A DNA stretch of 63,839 bases, the filler included, from Folioceros fuciformis (taxonomy: Eukaryota), in NCBI GenBank assembly GCA_049999805.1. It is 9 parts of 9 records of this genome, joined end to end, with 100 filler letters (N's around TTAATTAATTAA, not from the genome) between each part and the next. Parts side by side here need not be neighbours in the genome. Positions count along the whole stretch, not along the records: positions 12,009 to 17,145 come from JBNGIO010003639.1; positions 17,246 to 21,631 come from JBNGIO010003640.1; positions 21,732 to 30,693 come from JBNGIO010003641.1; 6 more parts are not named here. One strand, written 5' to 3'. Below the pieces are notes generated by a model. The model searched no databases. It saw nothing but the letters and a program-made list of their open reading frames with translations, and was not told the origin of the DNA. Shown here in pieces: positions 12,846 to 30,793 of this stretch; position 1 is the first letter of the stretch; each line of letters opens with the position of its first letter. The position numbers and the translations under genes are program-made.

Positions 12846-13641
12846 TTGGGACTCGTACTGTAGGACAAGCATGTCTGCCTGTTGAGTTTAGAAGGTACAT
12901 AGCTGTAAGTGTATGAACCACTCCGCAAAGTGTGTCTTAAGTTATGGCCATTTGCATTCCATGCCATGCCAGGCTGTAGGAGGAATGTACATACTGTGGA
13001 AGTGGTGCCCATGTGTCTTGGTTGGCGGATGTCAGCTTTGCCCCGTTCTCTGTAGCCCAGCTGTGGCTCCCGTGGAACCAGGTATCCAGCTTCACGCCTG
13101 TGGATCCACGTTACCCCATGGTGACCAAGTCCGGCCAATGAGGCATAGATTCTACTTGCTTATCATCCTTGTATGTACGCAGTAGGAACTCGGGAGCAAG
13201 GCCGTTCTTTCTGTCACTCAGTGTGGTGGGCCACTGACCCCGCGGGCCCATCTGTCCTATTTTCAAATCTTTTTGTTGCTGTCCAAGTGTGGCAAGGGTG
13301 TTGGCCCCGCCACGGTACCGTCTCTTTGGCCTTGTTTGAATTCCTGCCTATCGGCTCTTTCCCCCGCGCTTTCCCTCTTCTCATTTTGTTTTTTTTTATT
13401 TTCAGGTCATGAACCGAGTCCACGCTTGTGATCTTTAGTCTCTGCTTCTGTTCTCGAGCTGCAAGGTGCTGTCTTGCTGATTGCGGCGACACAGCTGCGC
13501 CGGCGCCTGCGCCCGCGCGCGCATCTTGCATTTTGTTTCCGGAAGGAAGTCGCCTGGCGATGGCGGATTAGCGGGGAGAGGGAGAGCCAGGGAGGAGAGC
13601 AAAATCACGGGGGTTAGGAGGTGAAGGGAAGGCGGACGAAG

Positions 13642-16260
13642 ATGCCAGGGAGCGTGCGAGTGTCTGTGCTGGAGGTGCTGGACCTGCCCCTGTCGCTGGT
13701 GGGGAGGACGGTGCAGGTGCGGGTGACCATGGGAATGAAAGAGTACAAGACGAAACCGGTCCGGGCGCAGGGGGGAAAAACCCCGCCCTGGAATGCCGAC
13801 TTCGCCTTTCCCGTCTTGAATCTGCGCGACAAGCTGGAGGTGCTCATCGTGGGCAACCGCGGCGAAACCATGACCAAGGCCGAGATCGAGGTGTCCACCA
13901 TCGTGCAGAAAGGCTACCGCGACGAGTTCGTGCCTCTCCAAGGGGGAGGTCGCATCCATCTCAAGCTCTCCTTCGTCCTCAGCGAGGAGGAGCGCCGTCG
14001 AATCGAGGCCATGCGGCTCAGCAAGAAGCAGCACCCGTCACCTCCTCCGCCGAACCGCCCGGAGCCCGAGCTGGAGGGACCGGCGCCAGCGGCTCCGGTC
14101 TCGGTTTCGCTACCGGGTCGGCTGCCGGTGACGCTCCCGCGGATGCCCCCGCCTCCTCCTTCGCTCACCATCACGGAGATCGTGGACGAAGATAAGGAGA
14201 ACGAGGGCAATGGGGGCCGGCCGGGCAGGCGCGTGCCCAAGGGGCTCACCAGGAGAGAGCACAGCCAAGATGGTGGAGTTGTGAGAGCTGCCGGGAAGGC
14301 GGCAGTTGCCGCTGTGGGAGGCTGTGTGGAAGCTTGTCCTAGGACGGTGGACACGGAAACAGGCGAGGTGAAAGACGATGAGAGCAAGGTACAGGGCGAT
14401 GATGTTGCTAGGACAGCGGATGGAGAGGTGGCGGCTCCCGCAACGCCGCCGCAGCAAGAGGCTGCGGTTTCGGAAATGGAGCCGGAAGGAGTGGGTACTG
14501 TGGATGGGGCCGGAGAGGAGGGAGGGGACGTGAATGGGGCGGAAGATACGGCGGAGGTACAGGATTTCCTGGAGCACGAGATGGGTGAGAGTTGGATGGA
14601 CGATTGGATCCGGGATGAGCCTGGAGTGGTCAAGGGGGCCGAGTCGGGCGTGGAAGGTAAGGGGCAGGAAGGGGCAGAGAGAAGGGTAAAGGTGATTGGA
14701 GGTATAGGAGTAGCGAGAGAGAGTGGTAGGAGCAAGGTAGGTGCGGGAGAGGGTGTAGAGGAAGAAGGCACCAGGTTAGTGGGGGAGAAGTGGCATGCGG
14801 CCTCTGACTTGGTCCAGGTAGAGAGGGGTGGGTTGGAGGATTCTGATGCAGATGATGACTCGGTCTCGTTCGAGGATCGGATTGATGCGGTGCAGAGAAG
14901 ATGGCTCATGTACGCCGACACCATGGCTGGGCAACAGGGAGAAGCGCAGTCGAAGGATGTTGGGATGCTGGACCAGGAACAGGTGAAGGCAGTGGTTAAG
15001 GGCAAAGCAAGAGCTGTCCAGGAAGTAAAGGGAGAGAAAGCAGATGTAGATTCTGAGGTCCGAGTATCGAGTGAGGCGGGGAGAGAACGAGGGGATGAAG
15101 CTTTTGATGAGCTTCGAGGAATTGACGAAGGCAGGAGGCGAGAGGGAGGGGGGGGTGGTGAAATTTCTGAGGTCCAAGAAAGAAAGGAGTGTAGGAGGGA
15201 AGCAGCAGATCATGGCCTTGTTGTACGCGAAGGAAGTAATTCAAGGCTTGGAGTCCCTGCGTTCCCGGAATCAAATGTGACGAGGATTGATGCCCCTGAG
15301 TCTCGAAACTCAAAGCAAGCGGCGGATGGTGATGATGCTCAGTTTCCAGATTCGAAAACGGCAAAGGTTGCTGAAGCAGAAGATGCTCTTGAGTTTCGGG
15401 ATGCAATTCGACCACGGGTTGAAGACTCACAGAATGCTGTTCCTGAGTTTCCGGGTTCCAAAGAAGTGAGGGCTGGAGGTGCACAGGATGTTTCTGAGAT
15501 TCGAGAAACGCATCAACCTAGGGTTGAAGGTGCAGATGATGATGCTTCCAAGTTTCGAGAAAGAAAAGAGGCCGTAATTGAAGGAACTGATGATGTTCTT
15601 CAGTTTCGAGGGATAGGTGAAGCAAGGAAGAACAATGCGGATGACGGGCTCAAGTGCCTAGAAACGAATCAAACACAGTTGGTGAGGGAAATTCCTGTCC
15701 AGATCCTGGCTCGTGGAGCAAAAACAGTCAATGAACAACAACAGGCTGTGTCGGACGCATACTCCGTGCCAGTGCCAGTGAGAGCGGATGGAGACAGAGA
15801 CGGAAGAGGGAGTGGTTCTTACAACGACGGCCCCACCACGGTTGACAAGCGCATGGTGGAGGAGACTCCCACCGTCACCAGAGAATCAGCTGAGGATGGA
15901 CTCTCCTCAGCCACGACCAAATCTGCACTGGAGCTTGCTGCCTTGCCCGCGAAGCTGCAGCAGGACGAGCGATCCTCCAAGCCAGCCTCCCCGAAAGCCA
16001 AGGGTGAGGCTCGGCAGCATTCTAAAGTGGGAGGCATCGTCGCTCACTTCCTTGGTGGATTCGCCATCGTCGCAGGAGCAGCCGCAGTTCTCTGGTCCGT
16101 AGGATCCAGGAAATACCACGTCGTTGCGGAAGGGGAATCGTTCCACACTTTCGCTCCTCCCAACTCCTCTTCCCTCCAAAACTCCGCTTTCTGCAAGCTC
16201 AATCCCGGCGTGTGCGAGTCTGCCAAAGTGTACTCCGGCCAGCGCCTCCGGCTTGCTTGA
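13642..16260 (+). CDS. Intronless 872-aa protein: N-terminal C2 domain, Pro-rich and acidic disordered linker, single transmembrane helix, C-terminal LysM-like domain
   Basis: C2-like N-terminus MPGSVRVSVLEVLDLP...PPWNADFAFPV...VPLQGGGRIHLKLSFV. Hydrophobic stretch VGGIVAHFLGGFAIVAGAAAVLWSVG (16027-16104). Tail YHVVAEGES...LNPGVCESAKVYSGQRLRLA*. The ORF is uninterrupted. Confidence 0.85.
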   Translation: MPGSVRVSVLEVLDLPLSLVGRTVQVRVTMGMKEYKTKPVRAQGGKTPPWNADFAFPVLNLRDKLEVLIVGNRGETMTKAEIEVSTIVQKGYRDEFVPLQGGGRIHLKLSFVLSEEERRRIEAMRLSKKQHPSPPPPNRPEPELEGPAPAAPVSVSLPGRLPVTLPRMPPPPPSLTITEIVDEDKENEGNGGRPGRRVPKGLTRREHSQDGGVVRAAGKAAVAAVGGCVEACPRTVDTETGEVKDDESKVQGDDVARTADGEVAAPATPPQQEAAVSEMEPEGVGTVDGAGEEGGDVNGAEDTAEVQDFLEHEMGESWMDDWIRDEPGVVKGAESGVEGKGQEGAERRVKVIGGIGVARESGRSKVGAGEGVEEEGTRLVGEKWHAASDLVQVERGGLEDSDADDDSVSFEDRIDAVQRRWLMYADTMAGQQGEAQSKDVGMLDQEQVKAVVKGKARAVQEVKGEKADVDSEVRVSSEAGRERGDEAFDELRGIDEGRRREGGGGGEISEVQERKECRREAADHGLVVREGSNSRLGVPAFPESNVTRIDAPESRNSKQAADGDDAQFPDSKTAKVAEAEDALEFRDAIRPRVEDSQNAVPEFPGSKEVRAGGAQDVSEIRETHQPRVEGADDDASKFRERKEAVIEGTDDVLQFRGIGEARKNNADDGLKCLETNQTQLVREIPVQILARGAKTVNEQQQAVSDAYSVPVPVRADGDRDGRGSGSYNDGPTTVDKRMVEETPTVTRESAEDGLSSATTKSALELAALPAKLQQDERSSKPASPKAKGEARQHSKVGGIVAHFLGGFAIVAGAAAVLWSVGSRKYHVVAEGESFHTFAPPNSSSLQNSAFCKLNPGVCESAKVYSGQRLRLA

Positions 16261-18049
16261 ATTCACCCTTCTCTACATTCCCCCGGCTTTTCCCCCCGAT
16301 ATTGAGAATGCTTGCGAAAATGGCTTCTCCGAATTCTAGGGGACATGAGTCTGTTCAGCTCGGCTACAACCTCATCTTCCCACGTTGCCCTACCCTGAGT
16401 AGCATCACAGGGAAGCGAGGTTTCACCGACACCCCGTTTGAGTCATCTCGTACCTGCGCTTTCTGGCGATGTCTCCGGCATTCTACTACCGAGACTTCTT
16501 CAAAGCTTGCTGACTTGGTGCCTCGTCTCTGATCACGAACAAGTCGGTGGCGTTGTTCTGTCGGTGATGTTTCTTGCTTGACTTCACAGTAAGCAACGAG
16601 AGCTGAAAAGACGCGCAGCAGCTTGCTTCAGCTTACGAAGCGTTTCTAAATGTGGAGGGAGAAAGGCATGGGTGTGGTCGTAACGCTTCAAAGCGGGGAA
16701 GCAGATAGGTGTTGATGTGGTCATGGCAAGTAATGGCCTGCGTACTGCTGGAGCCGACGGCGGGTTCGTGCCGACGCGTGGCAGCGCTGTTGTCGTGAAT
16801 TCGACGTGGCACTACCCGATCAAGCTCCCGAGCTCAGATTTGCCGCGTCGAGTTCATCCGCGTTCGCCTGCCTGCTTATATTGTGGTGAAGGGCCGCATT
16901 AGGAGTAGCGAGCACAGTCTTCTCTTGCGCGCGACGCTTTGTTCTCGTTGCGGTGGGAAGGCTAGATCTGCCGGATTTCCAAGACAGTTTGCAAGTTTTC
17001 AAGCGCCTTCTACATGTAAGAGCTGGGAGTGTTTGGACGGGAATGCATTGAATGATTATGGAAGGGAGGTGAAAGATAGAGCTGTTTGGAAGCGTTGTAG
17101 GCTGAGGTTAGCCGGTCGAGCTGCAGATCCGGTGCAGCATTGGAGNNNNNNNNNNNNNNNNNNNNNNNNNNNNNNNNNNNNNNNNNNNNTTAATTAATTA
17201 ANNNNNNNNNNNNNNNNNNNNNNNNNNNNNNNNNNNNNNNNNNNNTAGCCGACAGGCTATGAAGGAGGCGAGGCCAGCCACCCGTGGAAGCTAGGATGAA
17301 TGTTTGCCCATGTGGCTCCCCGAAAATGGGAACAGAGATGAGGATGTCCATATGGCGTCGGCCAGAATAGGCCTGAGGTGGGCCCGATTTGGGCAGCCGA
17401 TGCAGGGGAAAGGTTACGGAAATCGATAGACCAGACTCGATGACGAGGCGGAGGATTGAGGACGGCGAGGGGCCTGGCTTGCGGCAAGTAGTTGACTTGC
17501 GGCGAGGACCAGAGAAGGGAGGATCTGGCCAGCTGTGGATTGGGGCGCAGCCCTGGCTGCAAATGCAGCCCACTGTTGTCACACTGTGCGGCTTAAATTG
17601 TCTAGTGCAATGCCTTTACGGCGAGAGAGAGGTGCGGCAAGTGGGGAGCACAGCAGTGCAGTGCAGTGCAGGTGACGTGAGGTGGAACACGACTCCCATG
17701 AGTGTAGGGCATGGGAAAGGAAGGGAAAAGGGCAGGGAAAACGGTGGGGTAGATGGGAGAGGGAGAGAGTGGCGGCCCCTTCGGCCCCCGATTTCGCCTC
17801 GCGGGAAGAATCAAATCTCCGGAAAAGGAGTGCGACAAGTTGGGCTAACCGGGAAGAGGGCCCGGGCAGCGCATGTCCAGGCTCTACCCAGAGAGATTCT
17901 CGCCTACAAAAGCTGGCGGCGGGGCGCCCAGAGCAAGGCTTGCCCAGCAGAAGTAGCTCCTGGCTCCGCTTGCCTTGGTTGCTGCCCGGGCCGAGGACAC
18001 TTAGAGAGGAGGGAAGAAGGGGAGCAGAGCAGCGCAGCGCAGGAGTAGC

Positions 18050-18445
18050 ATGGCTTCCAGGGAGATGGCCGTGCAGCCTTCGCCCTCGCCTACCGCGGAG
18101 GAGATGGAGAGCGGGTCGAGGGTGGCTATGAAGGAGCGCGGCCCGCCCACCACCTACCTGCAGCGACGCCTCAATGTGTTCCGGATCCGGAGNNNNNNNN
18201 NNCGCTACCCCGTGTCTCTGCTGGGTGTGCTGCTGCTCTACGCGGGTATCGAGCTGGCCATGACGGTGCGGGACATGAACTCGCGCAAGGACATTTTCAT
18301 CGTGCTCGTCATCACCTCGGTGGCCCTGCAGTGGAACAATGCAGCTTACGGCTTTCTCTGCGGATTGGCCGTGGCTCTGGTGTTCAAGGCCAGGGCCATC
18401 AAGCTCAAGGCTCTGTTGCATCCTTTCATCAGGACTGCATCCTGA
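18050..18445 (+). CDS. MOT1: Molybdate transporter (MOT1/MOT2, SULTR5 family); middle of gene missing in a 10-N gap
   Basis: C-terminal YPVSLLGVLLLYAGIELAMTVRDMNSRKDIFIVLVITSVAL...AAYGFLCG matches the MOT1-family signature (LLLFAGIELAM..RDMNS). Gap at 18193-18202. Confidence 0.85.
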   Translation: MASREMAVQPSPSPTAEEMESGSRVAMKERGPPTTYLQRRLNVFRIRXXXXRYPVSLLGVLLLYAGIELAMTVRDMNSRKDIFIVLVITSVALQWNNAAYGFLCGLAVALVFKARAIKLKALLHPFIRTAS

Positions 18446-21400
18446 TCGCCCGATGCCTTCTCGGCCCGAAAGATTTCGAAACGCGGCTCTACAACACCTG
18501 GATTTTTTTTGGTAACACCTATGGTTTACCAAAATATCGTGTTAAATGTTTGCTGTAGATAACACCGGAACGTAGATATGTACTTGTGCGCAAGTCCTCA
18601 CCTCGAAGACTGCATACTCGTGAAAAACGTAAACTAGTTAAATATTAACTATGAATACCTAACTTCCTAATATATTAGCACGCAAGCTCTATGCTCGCTG
18701 AATAAATATCTTTATTGTTAACTTCTATCTCTATATATAAGGTTTAGGGTTTAATATATATTGGCATACATTAATACTTATCACCATATATTAATTTTGG
18801 TCCATATCAAAAAAATTATTCATATATTTTTTAAATATATTAAATATTTATATCTATAATGATCATTGATTCAGTTTTATATATGATTATCATACGTTTT
18901 ATAATATTTAATCTTGTGATGATCTTTTTATTGAGTACTTTATACGCTAGCCTATGATATGTGCTAGTGTTATTTGCTAGTGATATTAGATTCTTGTTAT
19001 TTTAAAGCTACAAGATCTAGAAATACAACTACTTGTCTTCAAAAACCGAAAGCATTTGAGAAGGACAAGGAGAATCTCATTAGCTAAACTAGCTTTAGAG
19101 AGTTTCACTGAGTGTCTGATTATCTTACCCCATCCAAAGTAATCTTCCTGGTCCAACTTTGCATTTGGACTTATCTACAAAATTACACAACACATGTCAT
19201 AAGTTATGAACATAGTCCCACTTATCTTGTGGGATTATTCTTCTGCATTAATATCCCTCCTATATCTTATTTAATTCAAATCTAAAGTTGCACATTCGTG
19301 AGTAAATCACTTATAATAGAGATAACAGATAAGGTAGTGTGGGACATATACTGCAGGGAAGCAAGTTGAGTCAAAATCATGTACATTAATGTTTACACTA
19401 TTACAATATTACTATGCATATATATAGTCAATACTAATGCAGCATGTGCCAACGGGTTCAGAACACGCGCTACCTACTCTACCAAGGACTGTAGCTTTTA
19501 TCTCTTGCCCTGGACGAGGACTTTCTTCTTCGATCGATGCAAGGCTCCCACGTACTTCACCACACGGACACAGAATTCCAGCTGTCCGGAGACGTTTCAC
19601 TTTGTTACAGAGTGTCCCAACACGCAAGTGCATCAGCAAGATGACCGCATTTTACGTACGTGCACTTGGACTAACGTGCTCGGGGCAAGTACATTTGATT
19701 CGTAGCACTATGGTCTCACAACTGCAGCTTGAATGAGTTGTCTGAGACCACAGACTCTACTCTGAGTGTCTACCCATCAACAAGCGCTCCTTCTTCTATG
19801 GCTGCTAAGCCCCCACTTTCTTTCAGCACTACCGTGAAGGTACCAGATCCTGCTCTTCTGATATGCTTCCTTGCATCAGCCATGTTGCAATACTCCGTAC
19901 CAGAGCGCGGTAGAATTGTTGACAGTAATATCCGACTACAATCCCGTCAGCATGAATCTGCACGGCTTTCTCCAACTGTTGGCCGCTCCTTACAGTGTCA
20001 TGCTTCTCTGGCTGCAGGCGGTGCCGCAGAGTTGATGAGTGCAGCTACACAAGCCGCGCAACGCTTACGCATTCTCGCATTTCACTGCTCGGATGTAACC
20101 AAAGTTACGCTGGTCGGCTGGACTGGCTTCAGAACAACTTGGGTACCTGCCATGTTGTACTGCCTTTACGTCTTGCATTTGCCAGTCTCAAGGTCAGCAA
20201 AACCTCGTTGACGGCCAAAAAGCGTTCTCCAGCAAAGATGAGAGGCCAAAAGGCTTTCCAACGGAACTAAGAAGGCGATAACACGACAGGACTGAAGAAA
20301 TTCGCTGCATTTACACTGTCTTTGACCAAACTGCACAGATGCTTGTCAGGGTTGAGTTTATATTCGACGATCGGAGTCTGGGTACGTACGTGGCGCATTT
20401 ATAAAAAGGGTATGTGCAAGCAAAACCTATAGCATAACCGAAACTGGATCCAGACCCTAAATGACCAGCTACCACGATATCCGATGGCAGATGTGGTAAA
20501 AGAATTGATCTCACATTTCAAGCAAACAGGTCACACAAAGGTCCGCTGCAAGGAACTTAACAGATGTTCTGCTACCGTGAGTTTCTCCAGCAACTCTGAC
20601 ATCTCATCTGGCAAGGGCTGCAAACCGTCAATTATCAAGACAGAGACGGTGTGCAAACGCACTAACCGGGGACACGCTAGCTCTCTACGCATGAGTGCCA
20701 ATCAAAAGCGCAAAATTGGAAGAAGCCATTGAAGCACAGCACAGAAACCACCACAAGGCCGAGCCTCACCGCCCTTCCACCATGATAGATCTTCCGCGCT
20801 CGTGCAGATTGGCAGCGTTATAAATAAGAAACATGAGCTCCTCCAGCCGCAGGTAACCTGAGCAGGATGCCACGTACAATAATGCGGTGCAGTTGCGAGT
20901 GTGCAAGTGCGCCGGGGGATCCCGATCTCTTCCAGGCTAATGCTCCCACAGCAACCAAGAAGCGAATTCCGTCCTTATTCCCCCCTGGAGCGTTGAAGAG
21001 CAATTGGATTGTGTCCTCCATGTCCTCCTCGGATAGACCGTGGGAAACTTGTCGTCCTCATGATCATCTTGAAGCGCACCTTCTGGCTTCAGAGTGGAGC
21101 GTCGATCAAGAAGGAACGGTAACACCTGGCAGAGATGACGCCAACACATACAACGCAACTGTCATGTTTTTCTTTTTTAACTGTGAAAGGTGAATCGCTT
21201 CTAAAGAAAATCAGCCCAACGAACATAGAACGTCAGCGAACGGGCCCCGCCTCGCGCGGCCTGTTGGGGAAGAAGGAACGAGCCGCCGCGGTTCCGAAGG
21301 TGATGCAGAGGGCGACCCCAGGTTGCGAAGCAGTGACTCCCCGGATATGGGAAAGGCCATGCGGATGTCCGATAGTAGTACGCGACGCCGGTCCCACAAG

Positions 21401-23125
21401 TCGCGCGCCTGCCGTTGCCAGTGCTGGGACCGGGTACCCGGACAGGGACCAGGGCCAATAGCAAGAGAGGAAAGGGAAAAGAGGCCGACAGTGATGACGG
21501 GATGGAAAGATTCTGGACAGGGCGGCCAAGATTGGCGCACGTCGGCAGATGGACTGTCCCTCTGTCAAGTTCTTGACTTCTGGTAGGTGCAGGGTCCCAG
21601 GGATAGATAAATGCAATAATATCTATCCCTGNNNNNNNNNNNNNNNNNNNNNNNNNNNNNNNNNNNNNNNNNNNNTTAATTAATTAANNNNNNNNNNNNN
21701 NNNNNNNNNNNNNNNNNNNNNNNNNNNNNNNCCGCCTGTCCTGCGTCCCTGGCGTGGCTCTCATTTCATTCCACCAGGCTCAGCCCAGGCCCCAGCCCAG
21801 GCCGTGCCAAATTGCCTGCGCCATGCCCGCTCCATTCCCGCCTCTGTGCTTTCTGTAAATGCCCGCTGACGGTGCGGTGTTATTGCCCCGGCCGTGGTCC
21901 TCTCCTGCCGCCAGGACGCCTCTGATGTGATGGTGCAGGTCTGCGGGCCCTTTAATTCCGCCCCGCGCTTCGCAATTCGGCATCCCTGGATCCAGTCTGT
22001 GTAGCTCCTGTCGCCCGCGCCCGAGTTGCGCCATTCCCTATGGCTGTGCTGAGGCTGGATCTCGCCCTGGCCTGAGCTGGGAGCGAGGTCGCTGAGCTGC
22101 CTAGGACTTGGCCTTGTGCTTCCTCTTCTTCCTCCTCTTCGTCTTCTTGGAGCATGGGCGTGGCGGGGCTGATCCCCCTACCCCAGGCTGTACATAGCTT
22201 GCCGGGGAAGGGGGCCGCTGTACAGCATTAGCGTGGATAGGAGTAGGAAATTTTGGAGCGCTTCGGGTCGGGTCTGGTCGGGTTGCATCGCAGCGGCAGC
22301 GGTGGCGGTGGAAGGTCGGGAGCCGAAATTTCGTTGCCGCTTTTGTGTTGCTGCTGCCATGGTTGTGCTGCTGTGAGTTGCGGGCCAGCTGATTCCGGTG
22401 TTAAGCGGCCGAGTCTCTGCCTCTTTCTGCTTCCTGCCAGTTGTGGCCGGCTGATCATTGCGGGCCCGCTGGGTTGGGAGGAGGGAGNNNNNNNNNNNNN
22501 NNNNNNNNNNNNNNNNNNNNNNNNNNNNNNNNNNNNNNNNNNNNNNNNNNNNNNNNNNNNNNNNNNNNNNNNNNNNNNNNNNNNNNNTGGTAAATTTGGG
22601 GTCTAGATCCGCCCGGGGAGTGGACACGGGTTTTGGTGATTGATGCAGCGCCTGCTTCTTGCCGCCGCCTACCACGTTGGCTTGTTGGAGACGGTGTTTG
22701 TCGTGTCGGTGCTGTTCCAGCCTCTCCGGTAGGGCAGCTAACTGCGTCCCGGGCTGAGTGAGTGAGTGGTTGGTTATCTGCAGGCGGGAGGCGCTCCCCT
22801 CTGCCGGGCTTGCTTTGGTTCGTCGCTTTGGTCGTGCTGTCCTGCGGCAATGAAGGAATTCTGGGATAAGAACCACATCACCACAGGCAGCAGATCCGCT
22901 TGCAGTGCGTGGAACTAGCAGGAGTAGCTCTGCAGCTCGTCCTCGCCCGCTTGTGTACATAGCTTTGTGCAACTACCCTAGCAACCTTTCTGCAATTTGA
23001 CGCCCTCACCAGTGGCTCTCACGCCGCGCACGGTCGGCAATACTTGCCTGTAGTTCTAGGTCACGCGGATAGTGGAGGTAGTAGGATTTCCAAGCCCGTG
23101 TGTTGTATATTAAAAGTTGCTGGCG

Positions 23126-26309
<3,184 letters not shown>

Positions 26310-26934
26310 TAATGGAGTGGAAGGGAGCCTATTCATGCGATCGGGGGTGTTTTACCCAAATCGTCTGTACCCAAGCTTCTTATGTATAGTGGTAGTTTCT
26401 TTGTTTATAGTGGTGTCTTTTTGCGGTTCTCGGGAGAAAAGACAAATGTTTGCTCCAGGTAGTGACAGCGACAACAAGTCGAACTAGCTGTTATTTTTCC
26501 GGTCTGGAGGGGGATGAGTCCTTTCATTGGGTATGCTCATCTCGTGCTCCCAATTCTTGCTAGGAGCTAGCCTGTTACTGCCCTCACTGAAAGACACTCT
26601 GCGTCCACTTTATTCAGTAGACGTTTAAGTACTTAAAAGAAAGAGTACCCTCCAGCACACAGGCTGCCCAGACCGGGCTTGAATTTTGCTATGGATGGCT
26701 GCTCCTTGTGCAAGTTATCCTCGTATGGGTGTCACTTCCAAGCTGTACCCCCGCTTGCTCGTCCCATAAACTAGTGAGAGGATAAAAGAACTGTGGAGAA
26801 GGTAGGCAACGAAGATACGATGACGTGCGTGCTCGAGATGTTTCTCAACAAATTCTAGAAATGGTACCGCTGGATGTGGAATGTACACACAAAATTGCAA
26901 TCTGTTGCTCGCTGGAAGAGATAATGCAGATTGA

Positions 26935-29766
<2,832 letters not shown>

Positions 29767-30793
29767 GCGTACCTCAGCCCGCCCGAATGAACCCTCTGAT
29801 ACTCGATCTCCCAACCCCCACAACGGTAGAGCTGCAGAAGGAAAATGACAGCTTTCCCCGCATGTTCTCCTGGTGCAGAGTACAATCCTACTGGTTCTAT
29901 CCGTCTAGCGCCGCTGCCTGCGTTCCGTAACGGGGTACACCTTCCCTGGGCGGTAATGGGAGCAGTGTCGGGAGCTGAGGCTGGGAGCGAAGATGGAACA
30001 GATGAGAAACAGGGGTACGAGTGGCAGCAACAGCACAAAGAAAAATATTGCCATACTGCGGTCTCGATGTCGCAGCCAATCAGTGGCAGACTGCGATGCA
30101 ATGGCCTTTGTTGCCCAAACCGAGAGCAGGCAGTGAGCGGCGACAAAACGAAGCTTTATAGCTCGGGACGTGGAGACCGGGGACATTCTGAGGCAGTGGT
30201 GTGCTCTGGGAAATCGAACCCACCGCCCTCATTTGACTCAACGCTACAGTCTCTCCTCTCCCCAGCCTCGTCGTTTCCCTTGTGTTGGCTTGAGAAACAC
30301 CGTCCCGCCCGGTTTGACGTCGGTCCGACCGGGGCTCGTGATCCCAACCCAACGCAACAACTATCACCCCAAAGTAAAACTACATATTCGGAAGGTCTCA
30401 ACCTCGTTATTCATTTTATTATGAAATAACAATATCACACAGGCTCCTTAACTTAGCTAACAATACTATTAGTATCATAATTTTTATTATCTATAATCAT
30501 AAAATATTTTTTATACTCTAAAAAATTAGGATTATAATGTTAAGCAATAGAACTAGGTTCGACTAGCAATAAATACATAATTAAATATTTTAATAGATTA
30601 AAAGATAAATTAAAAAACGTCTACATTGAGTTCACCCTAAGTCTATGTGAACCATAGTTATATATAGCTTTTCATATATGTATATATAGGTCTNNNNNNN
30701 NNNNNNNNNNNNNNNNNNNNNNNNNNNNNNNNNNNNNTTAATTAATTAANNNNNNNNNNNNNNNNNNNNNNNNNNNNNNNNNNNNNNNNNNNN

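Noticed and set aside
13914-15005. 363-aa antisense ORF
   Set aside because: Ser/Pro-rich shadow of the Glu/Gly-rich sense gene; no independent signal.
17389-18532. Long overlapping ORFs (219 and 317 aa) around the molybdate transporter
   Set aside because: GC-rich promoter or antisense frames lacking stops by composition; no motifs.
21780-22972. GC-rich ORFs upstream of SnRK1, including a possible uORF at 22850-22918
   Set aside because: No recognisable domain and the transcript structure is unknown; probably promoter, 5' UTR or leader intron.
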